From positions 6,240,001-6,304,000 of the forward strand of contig OZ001293.3 of NCBI GenBank assembly GCA_963921275.4: a stretch of 64,000 nucleotides of DNA, given 5' to 3'. Shown in pieces: positions 44,725-55,793 of this stretch. Source of the DNA: an uncultured Hormoscilla sp. (GTDB lineage: Bacteria > Cyanobacteriota > Cyanobacteriia > Cyanobacteriales > Desertifilaceae). The notes below the pieces were generated by a model that saw only the letters and a program-made list of their open reading frames with translations, was not told the origin of the DNA and did not search any database. The stretch's first letter is position 1. Each line of letters opens with the position of its first letter. The translations under genes and the position numbers were made by a program.

Positions 44725-45226
44725 TCCTTGGCACAGACGGCTATAAAGCTATTGGGACATCCCATGACACGAGCAAGTTTGCCTGTGACTCAATTAACTA
44801 TTGGTGGCTCACCTATGGTTCTATACTGTATCCGTTGGCAACCTCAATTTTATTATTGTGTGATGGTGGTGGTAGTAACAGCTCTCGCTCTTACCTGTTT
44901 AAAGAAAATCTGCAAAACCTTAGCAACAAGCTAGGCATTGAAATTCGGGTTGCTCATTATCCTCCCTATACCTCTAAGTATAATCCTATTGAACATCGCT
45001 TATTTCCTCATATCAGCCGTGGGTAATCTTCTACAAGGTGGAAACGGCCTCAGACTTGATAGCTACAGCTACAACAAAGACGGGGTTAAAGGTGTTTACA
45101 ACCGTGATTGACAAGGTTTATCAAACAGGAGTGAAAGTTAGCTTAAATTTTAAGGAAACTATGAAAATTGTATTTGACAATTTTCTCCCACAATGGAACT
45201 ATACAGCCTTGCCACAACCGACGTAA
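44725..45226 (+). mobile_element. ISAzo13-family transposase fragment
   Basis: CDGGGSNS, HYPPYTSKYNPIEHRLF. Confidence 0.85.
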
Positions 45227-46059
45227 GGCTATCAACGTAAAGCGGGACAACGTTGCCATAGCGATCGGCTGAAATGCCTGTGGGCTGGAAGCCTAGCCAT
45301 CTAGGGCTGTCCCGCCTTAAGTTGGTAGCCCGACAATGGCTCTCCTGAGTCGAGCGAGGTAAATGTATTGCAGAATACAAATATGGCAGGTGGGAAAGGC
45401 AGCAAACCCTTGATACCAGCGTAAACATAAGTTTTACTTATCACCCCAAACTTAGGAGACTCGATGTAATTTTGGACAAATTATTAAATCCTCAATCCTT
45501 AGTTGTGCATCCGACGGTACCTGCTGACTCCCGGAACAACCTTTCCGACATCGCAGCACTCGCCGTTTCCATTGCACCACTCAAGGGCAGGGTGTGGATT
45601 TGACGCGATCTTTGGGATGATAAGTAAAGCTTATAACCCCTACGATGCACTACAAACCGTAACTTTAAGTAATACGCAGTTTATGGGTAGGGTTGCGATT
45701 GCAATACATTTAGTAATACGTAATCTATCTGGTTATTTGGCAATTATAACGTATAAATATTTATACGTACATGAAGTTTATGGTTCGCTTTCATCACTAA
45801 GGGTTTGTAATCATTACGCAATACACTTTGTCGTGCGGAGGGTCGGTTATAATCACGCCAAATAAAGGGTTTCAACCTTTATTATCTTCGATGTATAAAA
45901 CCATTACATTTTCCACTATAAACCCAGGAGAGCCATTTGTCTAACTACTTATGCTGGTAGCTATATTGGGCAAACAGGCCAGCTTTTTATGTAAATATTT
46001 GCTTTAAATATCTTTAGATTTCGTCACATAAATTAGAACCCTTTTCTAAAAAGGGGCTC

Positions 46060-47090
46060 TAATACCATTTTTAGAAAGATGTGATAGACTTAAAAGAAGA
46101 AACTAGAATAGGGTTTTGTTTAGTCAAATATTTACTTTTGTCACGGCCCTTAGCATCTAAGTTTTGTTACACGTTAAAAAAGAAAAAGGAAAAGATATTA
46201 TGTCAGGCAGACCCAAAATAGAAATTACCGAATCAGTAGAACTGCTGAAAGGATTAATGAATAAACAGAAAATAAAATTAGAATATTGCAAAGTTTTGGC
46301 TTTGTATTTATTAAAAAGTGAGCGGGAAAAAACAGTTAGAGGAGTTGCCAAAACTTTGGGCAAGGGCGAAGCAACTATACATCGATGGTTATCTCAATAT
46401 AAAACAGGAGGTATTGAAAATTTATTGTTGAATAGGCAAACAATTGGAAGACCTAAAAAATTTTCTGTAGAAACCGTAGCTAAACTTCAACAGGAATTAC
46501 AGGATACTGAAGGATTTAGTAGCTATAAAGAAATCAAAATTTGGTTAGAATTGATACTAGATATTACCGGCAGTTATGGAGTAGTATACAACTTCGTAAA
46601 ATCAGAGCTTAAAAGTCAATTAAAAATCCCCCAAAAGCATTGAGCAAAGATATGATGCGGTGAATGAATGGAAAAATAATTTAAATAACAGGCTAAAAAC
46701 CTTGCTATCGGCGGCACAAAGAGGGAAATATAAAAAAGTCAGTTTTTGCTGTAGTGATGAAACCAGAATTGGACTCCATACAATAAGCAGAAGAAAAATT
46801 ATCGGGAGTAAAACCTGAAGGAAAAAAACAGATGGTTTATGAAAATTTTTGGTGGTGCAGTAGAGCCAAAATCAGGTAGAAGTTTCTTTTTTGAATTCTC
46901 CCATCTTGATACAGTCTGCTTTGAAAAATTTCTAGAATTGTTTTCACAATCCAGATGAATTATTAATTATTCAAGTAGATAATGCGTCATATTTCTTTAG
47001 AGCTAGAAATTCCCGAGAATATACTTGTTCCAACCATCTTAGGAATGAGGATTTAATAATTTGTCAAAATTACGTGGCGTATAGGTAGGG
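46060..47090 (+). mobile_element. Degenerate IS630-family element (boundaries approximate)
   Basis: HTH ORF (TIHRWLSQYKTGG..GRP, 46200-46643) followed by frameshifted DETRIGL and GAVEP..G.SFF.EF text; AT-rich. Confidence 0.8.
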
Positions 47091-47271
47091 AACGGGGAAC
47101 GGAGGGGGCTCCAGGGGCGATCGCGGTAAGGTTGATCCTGTTGCATTTTAATACTGTCATATCCTTCCGATTTGGCGGGGGGCGATCTGGACCCTCAGGG
47201 GATCTAGCAGAGCCTTTTTTCCGTGATGCCTGATTTTTAGTGCTCTGGCAGAGATATCGAATGGCAATGGC

Positions 47272-47754
47272 ATGATGGCGGACACAAGCTTTAACGATAT
47301 TACCTTTGATATTGGCTTTGGCAACAAGAGTACTCTTATGGGCAACGGCAATCCGAACTCAGCTTTGGGAGCAGGAGACTCGACTACAGTCTCATTGATT
47401 CTCGATACCAGTCCTGGTTTCGATGATGCCGCAACTATTGAAACTTGGTTTGAGGATCAATTCAATCAAGGCAACTTGGTGGCGGGAACTCGCTTCAAGG
47501 CTGTCAATGCAGGAGCTGGCAGTGACAAGCTCTTTGGAGGCATAGATAACGTGCCAACAATTGACGCCTCTCCTGGTGGTGAAAATCCTGGTGGTGAAAA
47601 TCCTGGTGGTGAAGTACTGCCGCCAACAGGACCGGGTACGGGTGGCAACGATGATGGACCTGTGAAAATTCCTGAACCCAGCATGATGGCAGCTTTAGGT
47701 CTGTTGGCAGCAGCTGGTGTTTTCGGAGTCGGCAAGAAAAAGAAGAAAATGTAA
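47272..47754 (+). CDS. PEP-CTERM-sorted protein, probably 5'-truncated
   Basis: IPEPS + TM + KKKKK C-terminus, PGGEN repeats, no signal peptide. Confidence 0.75.
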   Translation: MMADTSFNDITFDIGFGNKSTLMGNGNPNSALGAGDSTTVSLILDTSPGFDDAATIETWFEDQFNQGNLVAGTRFKAVNAGAGSDKLFGGIDNVPTIDASPGGENPGGENPGGEVLPPTGPGTGGNDDGPVKIPEPSMMAALGLLAAAGVFGVGKKKKKM

Positions 47755-47839
47755 TCTCTTGATGAAAGTATTGAGGAAGTAATACAATTCGGGTGAGTAG
47801 GGGAACAGCGATATCGCTGTTCCCCTACCTGCCTTAGGA

Positions 47840-47950
47840 GTCCCTCTCGTCCTCTCGTTCCTCTCGTTGGCAGGTTCCTCTCGTTCCTCTCGTTGGCAGG
47901 TTCCTCTCATTCCTCTCGTTGGCAGGTTCCTCTCGTTCCTCTCATTCCCA
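47840..47950. repeat. Short tandem repeats of CCTCTCGTT / GGCAGGTT units
   Basis: Directly visible iterations. Confidence 0.75.
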
Positions 47951-48090
47951 GGTTCTACCTGGGAATGATTATCAGGAGGCTCTGCCTCTTCCCGATGCCC
48001 AGAGATTACCTCGGAGGCTCTGCCTCGTGCTGGACGTTCCCTGCCAGAGTCAGGGAACGAGAGATTGTGGGTAATTACCCGGAGAATATA

Positions 48091-49269
48091 TTACTTCATT
48101 AGTAAAGGCATGGTCTGAGCTTGGCGGAGAGATTGGATAGTGCAGATCGCCTGCTGGGCCACCCGATCGATTTGGTCTTTGGTATTAAAGCGTCCGATAC
48201 CAAAGCGCAGGGAAGCAAAAGCCAATTTTTCATCTCTACCCAGGGCGAGGATCACGTGGGAGGGAGCAATTTTGGTGGAGGTACAAGCGGCACCAGAGGA
48301 AACAGCGACTACGGGTTGCAATCCTAATAATAGGGCCGAACCATCCACGCCTGCAACGCTGACATTCAGGTTTCCCGGGAGTCGGGTTTCGGGATGTCCA
48401 TTCAGATAAATCCCCTCCAACTCACTCAAATGCTGCCATAATCTCTGTCGGAGTTGCCTCAGGCGTTTGGTCTCGGATGGCATTTCCGCAAGTCCTAATT
48501 CTACTGCTGTGGCGAACCCGACAATTTGGGGAGTATAAAGAGTACCAGAACGCATACCCCGTTCGTGTCCGCCCCCATGCAGTTGGGGAGCAATTTTGAC
48601 TCTGGGGTGGCGGCGACGGACGTATAATGCGCCAATGCCTTTGGGTCCGTAAACTTTGTGCGCGGTTAAGGACATTATGTCTATCTGCATGCTTTCCACG
48701 TCTAGAGGTATTTTCCCGATCGCCTGTGCTGCGTCGGTATGGAAAAGCGATTCATGGTGACGACAGAGTGCGCCTATTTCCGCCAAAGGTTGGATAACGC
48801 CAATTTCATTATTGGCCGCCATGACAGAAACCAGAATAGTATCGGGACGGAAAGTTTTTTCCAGTTGAGAGATGTCGATTAAGCCATCCCTGCGGACAGG
48901 GAGATAAGTGACTTCAAACCCCAGGGACTCCAGGTATTTGCAGGGGTCGAGAACTGCGTTATGCTCTGTTTCCAGAGTAATAATGTGACGCCCTTTACTA
49001 AAATAGGCTTCAGCCACTCCTTTAATGGCCAAATTGTTGGCTTCCGTCGCGCCGCTAGTGAAGACGATCTCTTCTGGGGTGCCGTGAATGGCGTCGGCGA
49101 TGGTTTGGCGAGACTTTTTGACAGCTGCTTCAGCTTCCCAACCGTAAGCATGGGTAATGCTGGCGGGGTTGCCAAAATGTTCCGTGAAATAGGGTAGCAT
49201 GGCCCCTAACACCCGATCGTCTAGGGGGGTAGTGGCGTGACAGTCCAGATAGATGGGACGAGTAGACAT
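48091..49269 (-). CDS. iscS: IscS/NifS-type cysteine desulfurase
   Basis: YLDCHATTP, SGATEANN, TAHKVYGPKG, SSGAAC. Confidence 0.93.
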   Translation of the reverse strand: MSTRPIYLDCHATTPLDDRVLGAMLPYFTEHFGNPASITHAYGWEAEAAVKKSRQTIADAIHGTPEEIVFTSGATEANNLAIKGVAEAYFSKGRHIITLETEHNAVLDPCKYLESLGFEVTYLPVRRDGLIDISQLEKTFRPDTILVSVMAANNEIGVIQPLAEIGALCRHHESLFHTDAAQAIGKIPLDVESMQIDIMSLTAHKVYGPKGIGALYVRRRHPRVKIAPQLHGGGHERGMRSGTLYTPQIVGFATAVELGLAEMPSETKRLRQLRQRLWQHLSELEGIYLNGHPETRLPGNLNVSVAGVDGSALLLGLQPVVAVSSGAACTSTKIAPSHVILALGRDEKLAFASLRFGIGRFNTKDQIDRVAQQAICTIQSLRQAQTMPLLMK

Positions 49270-49479
49270 GGTTAGTGATTGACGAGTTGACAGATTTTTT
49301 TCAATATTCTCAGAACTATACAATTTATTTCTCGATTGGTCTCATGACCCCCAGGGAGTTCCAATCTCCTCTCTTCGCTGTCAGCCCGCAGTCAGTCCGC
49401 AGGGGATCTTGACCCCTGCTAATAGCTAAAGTCGGTTTCAACCGACTAATACCATAATGCGGTCAGGACGCTATTAAGG

Positions 49480-50124
49480 TCAAGCCTGGGTATTTGAGCT
49501 GACGAGGTGACTGAGTTTTTTCAAGATTTTCATAACAGTATACAATTCATTCTCACGATGATTGGAGAGTATGAACTCATCGGATAAAGCATACCGAGGG
49601 TTTTCTTGCTTGGATAGCTTGATAAACAAGAAATTATTGCCATTAGTCACCATGCCAAAAACTGTGGGAGATGAATGGGGGTTTGCCATCATATAGAATA
49701 AGGCTTGGGGGATGCCGTTGAGCAAGGATAAGCCGGCGTTTTTGGATTCGATCGTCAGTAACCATAAATGGTCTTGCAACACGACGATATCAAGGCGACC
49801 GCGCACGATTTCATCTTCGTCTGCTACAGCAAGCTCAACTGTCTGTTCATCTAGGATATCAAAGGGAAGTTGATAGAAATCAGTCCAGACTAGCATGGGA
49901 CCGAGTACGGTCATTTTCACCATGTTTTCCGAGATTTGGCGGCGCTTAACCAAGCTGATATAGTTGAGTTTGACTCTGTCTAGCGCTTGTTTTTCCAAAT
50001 CAGTGATGTCCGGCAGGTTCTCGTTCCACTCGGGAAAGAATTGTTCATCTTCAGTCTGGGTGAGGCCAAATTTGCTTTCAACATCAATGATGTTCAGTTT
50101 TTGGGCAGGGATTACTTCTACCAT
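49480..50124 (-). CDS. Type I restriction enzyme R N-terminal-like protein, paralog of 41646
   Basis: GRLDIVV...IESK...PQALFYM...VTNG. Confidence 0.8.
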   Translation of the reverse strand: MVEVIPAQKLNIIDVESKFGLTQTEDEQFFPEWNENLPDITDLEKQALDRVKLNYISLVKRRQISENMVKMTVLGPMLVWTDFYQLPFDILDEQTVELAVADEDEIVRGRLDIVVLQDHLWLLTIESKNAGLSLLNGIPQALFYMMANPHSSPTVFGMVTNGNNFLFIKLSKQENPRYALSDEFILSNHRENELYTVMKILKKLSHLVSSNTQA

Positions 50125-50337
50125 AGTAAGATAACTCCGATCGCATCTACATTAGATTGTATCACATCTTGACTGAGATAGCATAGCTAGGAAAACAAAA
50201 CCGACAGTGTTTATAAATTTTGGCCCAAAATGTGCTTGACAATTTACAAGTTTATGTTCATAATAAATTTATTGGCTATCAAGTAGAGATGCAGGCGTCG
50301 CGTCTCTACCTTTCTGGCGGGAATTGTTAGGTGAAAA

Positions 50338-50682
50338 TTATTGGATGGCAAACTCGGTGTACTTGCGCATGGAGGGAGGATAAAATGCTAAGACTATGTC
50401 TTGCTTGGGAACTCCCAATTCTAGTAAGGCATTGGCAATTCCGTCTTCCGTGCCATCCTGGTGAATCCAGATTTTACCATCTTTAATTGCTAAATGTAGC
50501 ACGCAACCATAGTTACGCATCTCGCGTTTCGTCCACCCCACATGTACTAACTGATAGCGATCGCGTTGGCTATCGAATATCAGTTGCTTCTCAAATTCGC
50601 ATTCGGTAGAGTTAGGGGCCGATCGCTGCACCTTTTCTGTGAGTAGCTGTTGAATGTACTGCCGATACTGTTCTACTGCCAT
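50338..50682 (-). CDS. xisI: XisI-family protein
   Basis: QLIFDSQRDRYQLVHVGW...KIWIHQDGTEDGIA...IVLAF. Confidence 0.9.
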   Translation of the reverse strand: MAVEQYRQYIQQLLTEKVQRSAPNSTECEFEKQLIFDSQRDRYQLVHVGWTKREMRNYGCVLHLAIKDGKIWIHQDGTEDGIANALLELGVPKQDIVLAFYPPSMRKYTEFAIQ

Positions 50683-51083
50683 AGAGTAATCTCCTCCCGA
50701 TCTGGATCGTAAATCACAAGACGCAACTGACTGCGTCGAACGGCAGTTTGAATGAACTGCAAGCTGAAAAAATATGCGTATATTTTCACTGTAACTGCAA
50801 GGTACAGCACCCGTTCTGGATCTTTTTCTGACAAAGCATAGAGATAATCTATGTATTGCCCGTGTGCGGTAGGGAACTCGGAAATAAGCGATCGACCGAG
50901 AAAGCTTTTGATTTCAACGGCGATTCTACTGTCGTCCCGTTCTGCACCAATAAGTTGCTCTGCTCCCAAATCGATGTACATTTCCACACCACCCACGGCG
51001 ATTTCATAGGGGTCGTGGGTGATGGTCCAACCATCCTTCTCGAGTGCAACTTTCACGGCATCATGAAAGATGTCTTTGGCCAT
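50673..51083 (-). CDS. xisH: XisH-family protein
   Basis: AKDIFHDAVKVALEKDGWTITHDP...DLGAE...AVEIKSF. Confidence 0.92.
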   Translation of the reverse strand: MAKDIFHDAVKVALEKDGWTITHDPYEIAVGGVEMYIDLGAEQLIGAERDDSRIAVEIKSFLGRSLISEFPTAHGQYIDYLYALSEKDPERVLYLAVTVKIYAYFFSLQFIQTAVRRSQLRLVIYDPDREEITLWQ

Positions 51084-51105
51084 GTCTTATCTGCTGCATC
51101 TACTA

Positions 51106-51248
51106 ACTCAAGTTGCTACCTATTAAAATTGCTACGTCCCAGACAGCCATTTTTTGCAAATATATCCGAAAAAATGCCATTTTGGGGTAAGTCACAAGGC
51201 ATTTTTTGCTGATTTTGGTGTTGAGGTTCTATAGGTAGCAACTTAGGT
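51106..51248. mobile_element. 143-bp MITE with IS982-type ends
   Basis: IRs ACTCAAGTTGCTACCTAT / ATAGGTAGCAACTTAGGT (17/18 match to the IS at 17971), flanked by a TACTA duplication. Confidence 0.85.
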
Positions 51249-51612
51249 TACTATATTTATTGTATCTCATCTTAGCGGCGCATCTCATATTTGCAAAAAT
51301 ATTAATGTCGTAGGTTTGGTTGAGGCACGAAAACCGGGTATGGTCTTGCACCAGTTGGTAAGTGAATTTGCATACATATTATCCACCTGTAGGGGCGAAG
51401 CATTTGGGCGATAACATCAGAAACAAACCGATAATTTATATTCCCAAATGCTTCGTCCTATACCTCATCGGCAAGCCTACCGTACAATGTCATGACGCAA
51501 TTTAAGGGCGATCTGGATATGATTGAAAACAGCCTCTTAGCCTCCTTCCCTGGCTCCCGCAGGCTCCCGCCTGGGGCTGACTAGATATGGCGAATAAATA
51601 TGTTCGCCTTCC

Positions 51613-53036
51613 TCACGGTTCCTTGACCACTAAACAACGAGCTATCATATCGTGAAGGGCTTGCTTCTTTGTTGTCTCTTCCGCCATGACGAAACCAACA
51701 ATAATTATTGCAGAAATATTTTTACCCCAAAACCTGCCATTTGCTCGATCAAACGAAATGCGATCGCTTTTTAAATCAGTCACGGCTAGTCCCATAATCC
51801 TTTTGCCAAAAGTTCCTCTCAGAGTCGAACTCTCCAGCAAAGTAAAGTAAAGCCACTGCAAAACCACATATAGTATACCATATATAACAATAATTATCAT
51901 TCCTTCCTCCCACCCGTAACTACTTATCATCCAGATATGGAAAACAAGAAGCCCAAAAAATCCCCCGACTGTTCCTAATACTGTCAAAGTACCTATCACC
52001 AAAAATGCCTCCTCTAGATATGAAAAAATATCAACCAATATAAGAGGTATACCTAATACGCAGCCTAGAACAAATCCAGAGATACCCAAAATTACCATAT
52101 CTAGGAGATAAGCTGCAAAACGACGCCAAAATACCGCATACTCAGGCTGATACAACTCCCGATCGATCTCCTGCAACCGTTCCAGAATCACCTGAGTATT
52201 GGCAGGGCGCTGACTGGCTTTAGCCGCCATCATTTGATCTATTAAATCTGCAAGCTGAGGCGAAATGTAGGAGCATAATTGCGCCAACGTAACTCATTGT
52301 TGTAATGGTCATAAATATCTGTGTCAGTCGGTTGCTTGCCAGTCAGCAGATATACAAAGGTGCGCCCCAAGGCAAAGAAATCCGATGCTAGCACAGCATA
52401 ACTCCGTTCTTGCTCCGGTGCAGCGTAGCCAGCAGTATAGATACTCGTGCTTCTGCCTCCACTCATGATTGTTCCCGTGACTTGCCGCACCGCACCAAAA
52501 TCAATCAACACCAGATGGCCATTTGCCCTGAGCATGATATTGGATGGCTTAATATCCCGATGAAAAAACTGCCGCTGATGCACTTCATGCAAAACTTCCG
52601 CCACCTTGGTCAGCCATTCAAGTGCTAATCTTTGATCTATGGGGCGATTTTGCCGACCTTGGAGATATTCCTCCAAATTCAGCCCTTCGATTTTCTCCAT
52701 CACCAAGCAGTGCAGCGGTTCTTGGCTGTCTCTGGGAAAGAAAGTAAAGTCCATCTCTCCTTTAGGAATCCCTGGATGATTCAACTGACTTAGGACTCGC
52801 GCCTCTTGCTGAAATAACTCTACAGCCTTGGGGATAGGATTCGTCAATACCTTGAGAACTTTGGGGGTATCGTCGCGAGTCACTTCATAGGTATTGCCAA
52901 AGCCACCTTTGCCACTCAGCAACCGAGTTACCCGGTAGCGCCCTGCTAGCAGCAATTCTGATCCGCAGGCTTGGCAAAACAGGAAATTGTCAGGATTTTG
53001 GGGATTTCGGCATCTGGGGTTAATGCAGATAGACAT
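51613..53036 (-). pseudogene. Ser/Thr protein kinase-RDD fusion, frameshift near 52265
   Basis: CINPRC Zn ribbon, GKGGFG, HRDIKPSN, IDFG. The second frame has FWRRFAAYLLD...LHDMIA (RDD). Confidence 0.85.
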
Positions 53037-53546
53037 GGCGTTAGCTCGTTAAAGTTATTTTTTTACTATACCCTCGATTGCGGGGAACTTTTACAAACTG
53101 ACTGCCGCACTTGTCGGTCCCCTCCTTTTCCTTAGTCGGTTAAAACTTTCGATCTTGCACCATTGTCAATTAGTCAATTAGTCTCCTGGCCCGCCGTGGG
53201 TTAAAACCCACGGCTAAGAGCTCAAGTGGGTTTTAACCCACTGAAAGCATTGTCAGATGCGGATTTATTTAGCCCACGCTTTGTGGACTTGACTCCTTGC
53301 GGGGGCGGGCCATGAGACTAATCGAACTGATTTTCTCGACAATGTTTGCAGTCGGTTTCAACCGACTTTAGCTATTAGCCGGAGGTTTGAACCCCCGGCG
53401 GGCTTTAGCTTGTGACCACCCATGTCGCTCAAGTATCCCATCTGTAGGATAATGGATAAGGTCGAATGTTCCCAGGCTCCCGTCGGGGAACGAGAAGTAT
53501 TGTTAGATACAGATGTCCTAACTAGATTGGCGATCGTCAACGGGAA

Positions 53547-55277
53547 ATGATAGTATCAGAGATCGAACCCCTACCCCCAGAAGTAGTGCATCTCATTGCT
53601 GCCAGTGAGGTGATAGACTCCATGGCAGCAGTGGTGCGAGAATTGGTGGAAAACTCCCTGGATGCGGGGGCGACCCGGATCGCGATCGCCCTAGAACCCG
53701 AGACCTGGGGAGTGACGGTGGCGGATAATGGCTGGGGGATGGACAAGGATAACTTGCGACAAGCGGCAACGGCCCACAGCACGAGTAAAATCCATCACTG
53801 CGATGACCTGTGGAAAATTACCAGTTTGGGGTTTCGCGGGGAAGCTTTGCATAGTATCGCCCAGTTGGCAGAGTTAGAGATTTGCAGTCGCCCGGCATCG
53901 GGAACTGAGGGGTGGCGGATCTCCTACAATGCTTTGGGAGAACCGATGCAAGAAGAAAGAGTGGCGATCGCCCCCGGGACGATAGTATGCGTGGACAACC
54001 TGTTTGGGACGCGGGCGATCGGTCGCCAAGGATTGCTATCTCCGGCGCAAGAGTTACGGCAAGTGCAAAATACGATCCATCAAATCGCCCTGTGCCATCC
54101 CCACGTGACCTGGCAGGTGAAGCAGTCAGAAAGATGTTTGTTGACCATCAGTCCGGGTGCCACGGCGAAAGCAGTTATGCCCCAGTTGTTGCGGAACGTC
54201 CACTGGCATGACTTGCAACAGTTGCTGGTGGAAGTGCCGCCGCCAGAAAGCGAGACAGAGGAGAACCCGGTGTCTGGAGCATGCCGAGTCCTTCAGGACA
54301 AGAGCATGCGGAAGACGCCGCAAGGCAAAATTCAGTTGGTAATTGGATTGCCAGACAGGTGCCATCGGCGGCGTCCAGATTGGGTCAAAGTGGCGACCAA
54401 TGGACGAATCGTTAAATCCCCAGAGTTAGAGCAAACTATATTAGCAGCTTTCGGACGCACCTTGCCGCGCGATCGCTACCCGGTCTGCTTCCTACATCTG
54501 TTAATTTCGCCCAAATTCATCGACTGGAACCGCCATCCTGCCAAAACCCAAATCTACTTACACGAACTAGAATACTGGCAAGCACAAATTCAAGGGGCGA
54601 TCGAACAAGCATTGCGCCTGACTCCGGAGAATTTACCTGTAGGGTTCCATCAAGAACGGGTAGGAAAACTGATCGCAAATTCTGGCGCTGAAATTGATTA
54701 TAGTCTCGCAACTGAGAACCCCTCCGATACCTCATTCCTGGAACTGCGAGCGATCGCCCAGGTTCGCAATACCTATATTGTAGCAGAACATCCCGGGGGC
54801 ATGTGGTTAGTAGAACAGCATATTGCCCACGAACGAATTCTGTACGAAAAGTTGCGCGATCGGTGGCTGCTTATGGACTTAGAACCACCGGTAATACTCT
54901 CTCAATTAACGGCTGCCCAACTAGAACAACTAGGGCGTTTAGAGATCGAAGTCGAACCCTTTGGGGAGCAAATTTGGGCAGTCCGCAGCGCCCCAGAAAT
55001 GCTGCACAAACGAGAAGATTGTGCAGATGCGATCGTGGAACTGAGTTTAGGAGGGGACTTACAAGCAGCGCAAGTTGCGACTGCTTGTCGGAGTGCCATC
55101 CGCAATGGAACTCCTCTGACTTTACCAGAAATGCAAAGCATTTTAGACCAATGGAAATGCACGCGCAACCCGCGCACCTGTCCCCACGGACGCCCGATTT
55201 ACCTATCATTAGAAGAAACTGCTTTGGCCCGTTTCTTCCGGCGTCATTGGGTGATTGGCAAGAGTCATGGAATTTAA
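53547..55277 (+). CDS. mutL: DNA mismatch repair protein MutL with a 17-codon repeat insertion
   Basis: ELVENSLDAGA, DNGWG, LGFRGEAL, EQHIAHER, CPHGRP. Confidence 0.97.
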   Translation: MIVSEIEPLPPEVVHLIAASEVIDSMAAVVRELVENSLDAGATRIAIALEPETWGVTVADNGWGMDKDNLRQAATAHSTSKIHHCDDLWKITSLGFRGEALHSIAQLAELEICSRPASGTEGWRISYNALGEPMQEERVAIAPGTIVCVDNLFGTRAIGRQGLLSPAQELRQVQNTIHQIALCHPHVTWQVKQSERCLLTISPGATAKAVMPQLLRNVHWHDLQQLLVEVPPPESETEENPVSGACRVLQDKSMRKTPQGKIQLVIGLPDRCHRRRPDWVKVATNGRIVKSPELEQTILAAFGRTLPRDRYPVCFLHLLISPKFIDWNRHPAKTQIYLHELEYWQAQIQGAIEQALRLTPENLPVGFHQERVGKLIANSGAEIDYSLATENPSDTSFLELRAIAQVRNTYIVAEHPGGMWLVEQHIAHERILYEKLRDRWLLMDLEPPVILSQLTAAQLEQLGRLEIEVEPFGEQIWAVRSAPEMLHKREDCADAIVELSLGGDLQAAQVATACRSAIRNGTPLTLPEMQSILDQWKCTRNPRTCPHGRPIYLSLEETALARFFRRHWVIGKSHGI

Positions 55278-55498
55278 TTGTTAATTGCGATTTGGCGCAA
55301 ACACTGCAAAATCCTGAGAACGTCATATAACTCATTTCCAGGATTTCGGGTAATAAACACTTTAGATGTCGCGTACTGAGGAGGTTCTCCCTTAACCTGC
55401 CATTCCCTGAAAAATTGGTCATCTTTGACAAATTGAATCCCAAAGGTGGCGATCGAGTAGCGCAGGTCTATATTTTGAGCGGAAACTGTTTCAACCAT
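55274..55498 (-). pseudogene. Internally deleted remnant of the HsdR-N-like family (paralog of 41646 and 49480)
   Basis: The N-terminal DDQFFREWQ is joined directly to the C-terminal PPQYATS...NELYDVLRIL. Confidence 0.7.
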
Positions 55499-55793
55499 AT
55501 TAACTAGCAGACGCTGGTACAAATATTATCATAGCACGAGTAACGGGCGAGTCGAATAGAACCGGGAGATCGCAGCTGAGAACAGACGCTTGTATGATGA
55601 AAATAGCCGCATCTTCGATCGCCTGGAAGGTAAGCAGCAGGATGAGGGATAAAGTGGCGATATCGCCAAGTAGTCTGGCGACAAAACTTGGCTAAATGCT
55701 ATAATCAGATTAGTTTGCGAGTTTTGAATCCTCGTCTCTTTAGAGTCGGGAGAGGTCAATTGTACTTTTAATACTTGAGTATTAGCGAAAAAC

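Noticed and set aside
50338..51083. Active fdxN-type excision element
   Set aside because: No XisF-like recombinase is present, and XisH/XisI pairs are common dispersed cyanobacterial genes.
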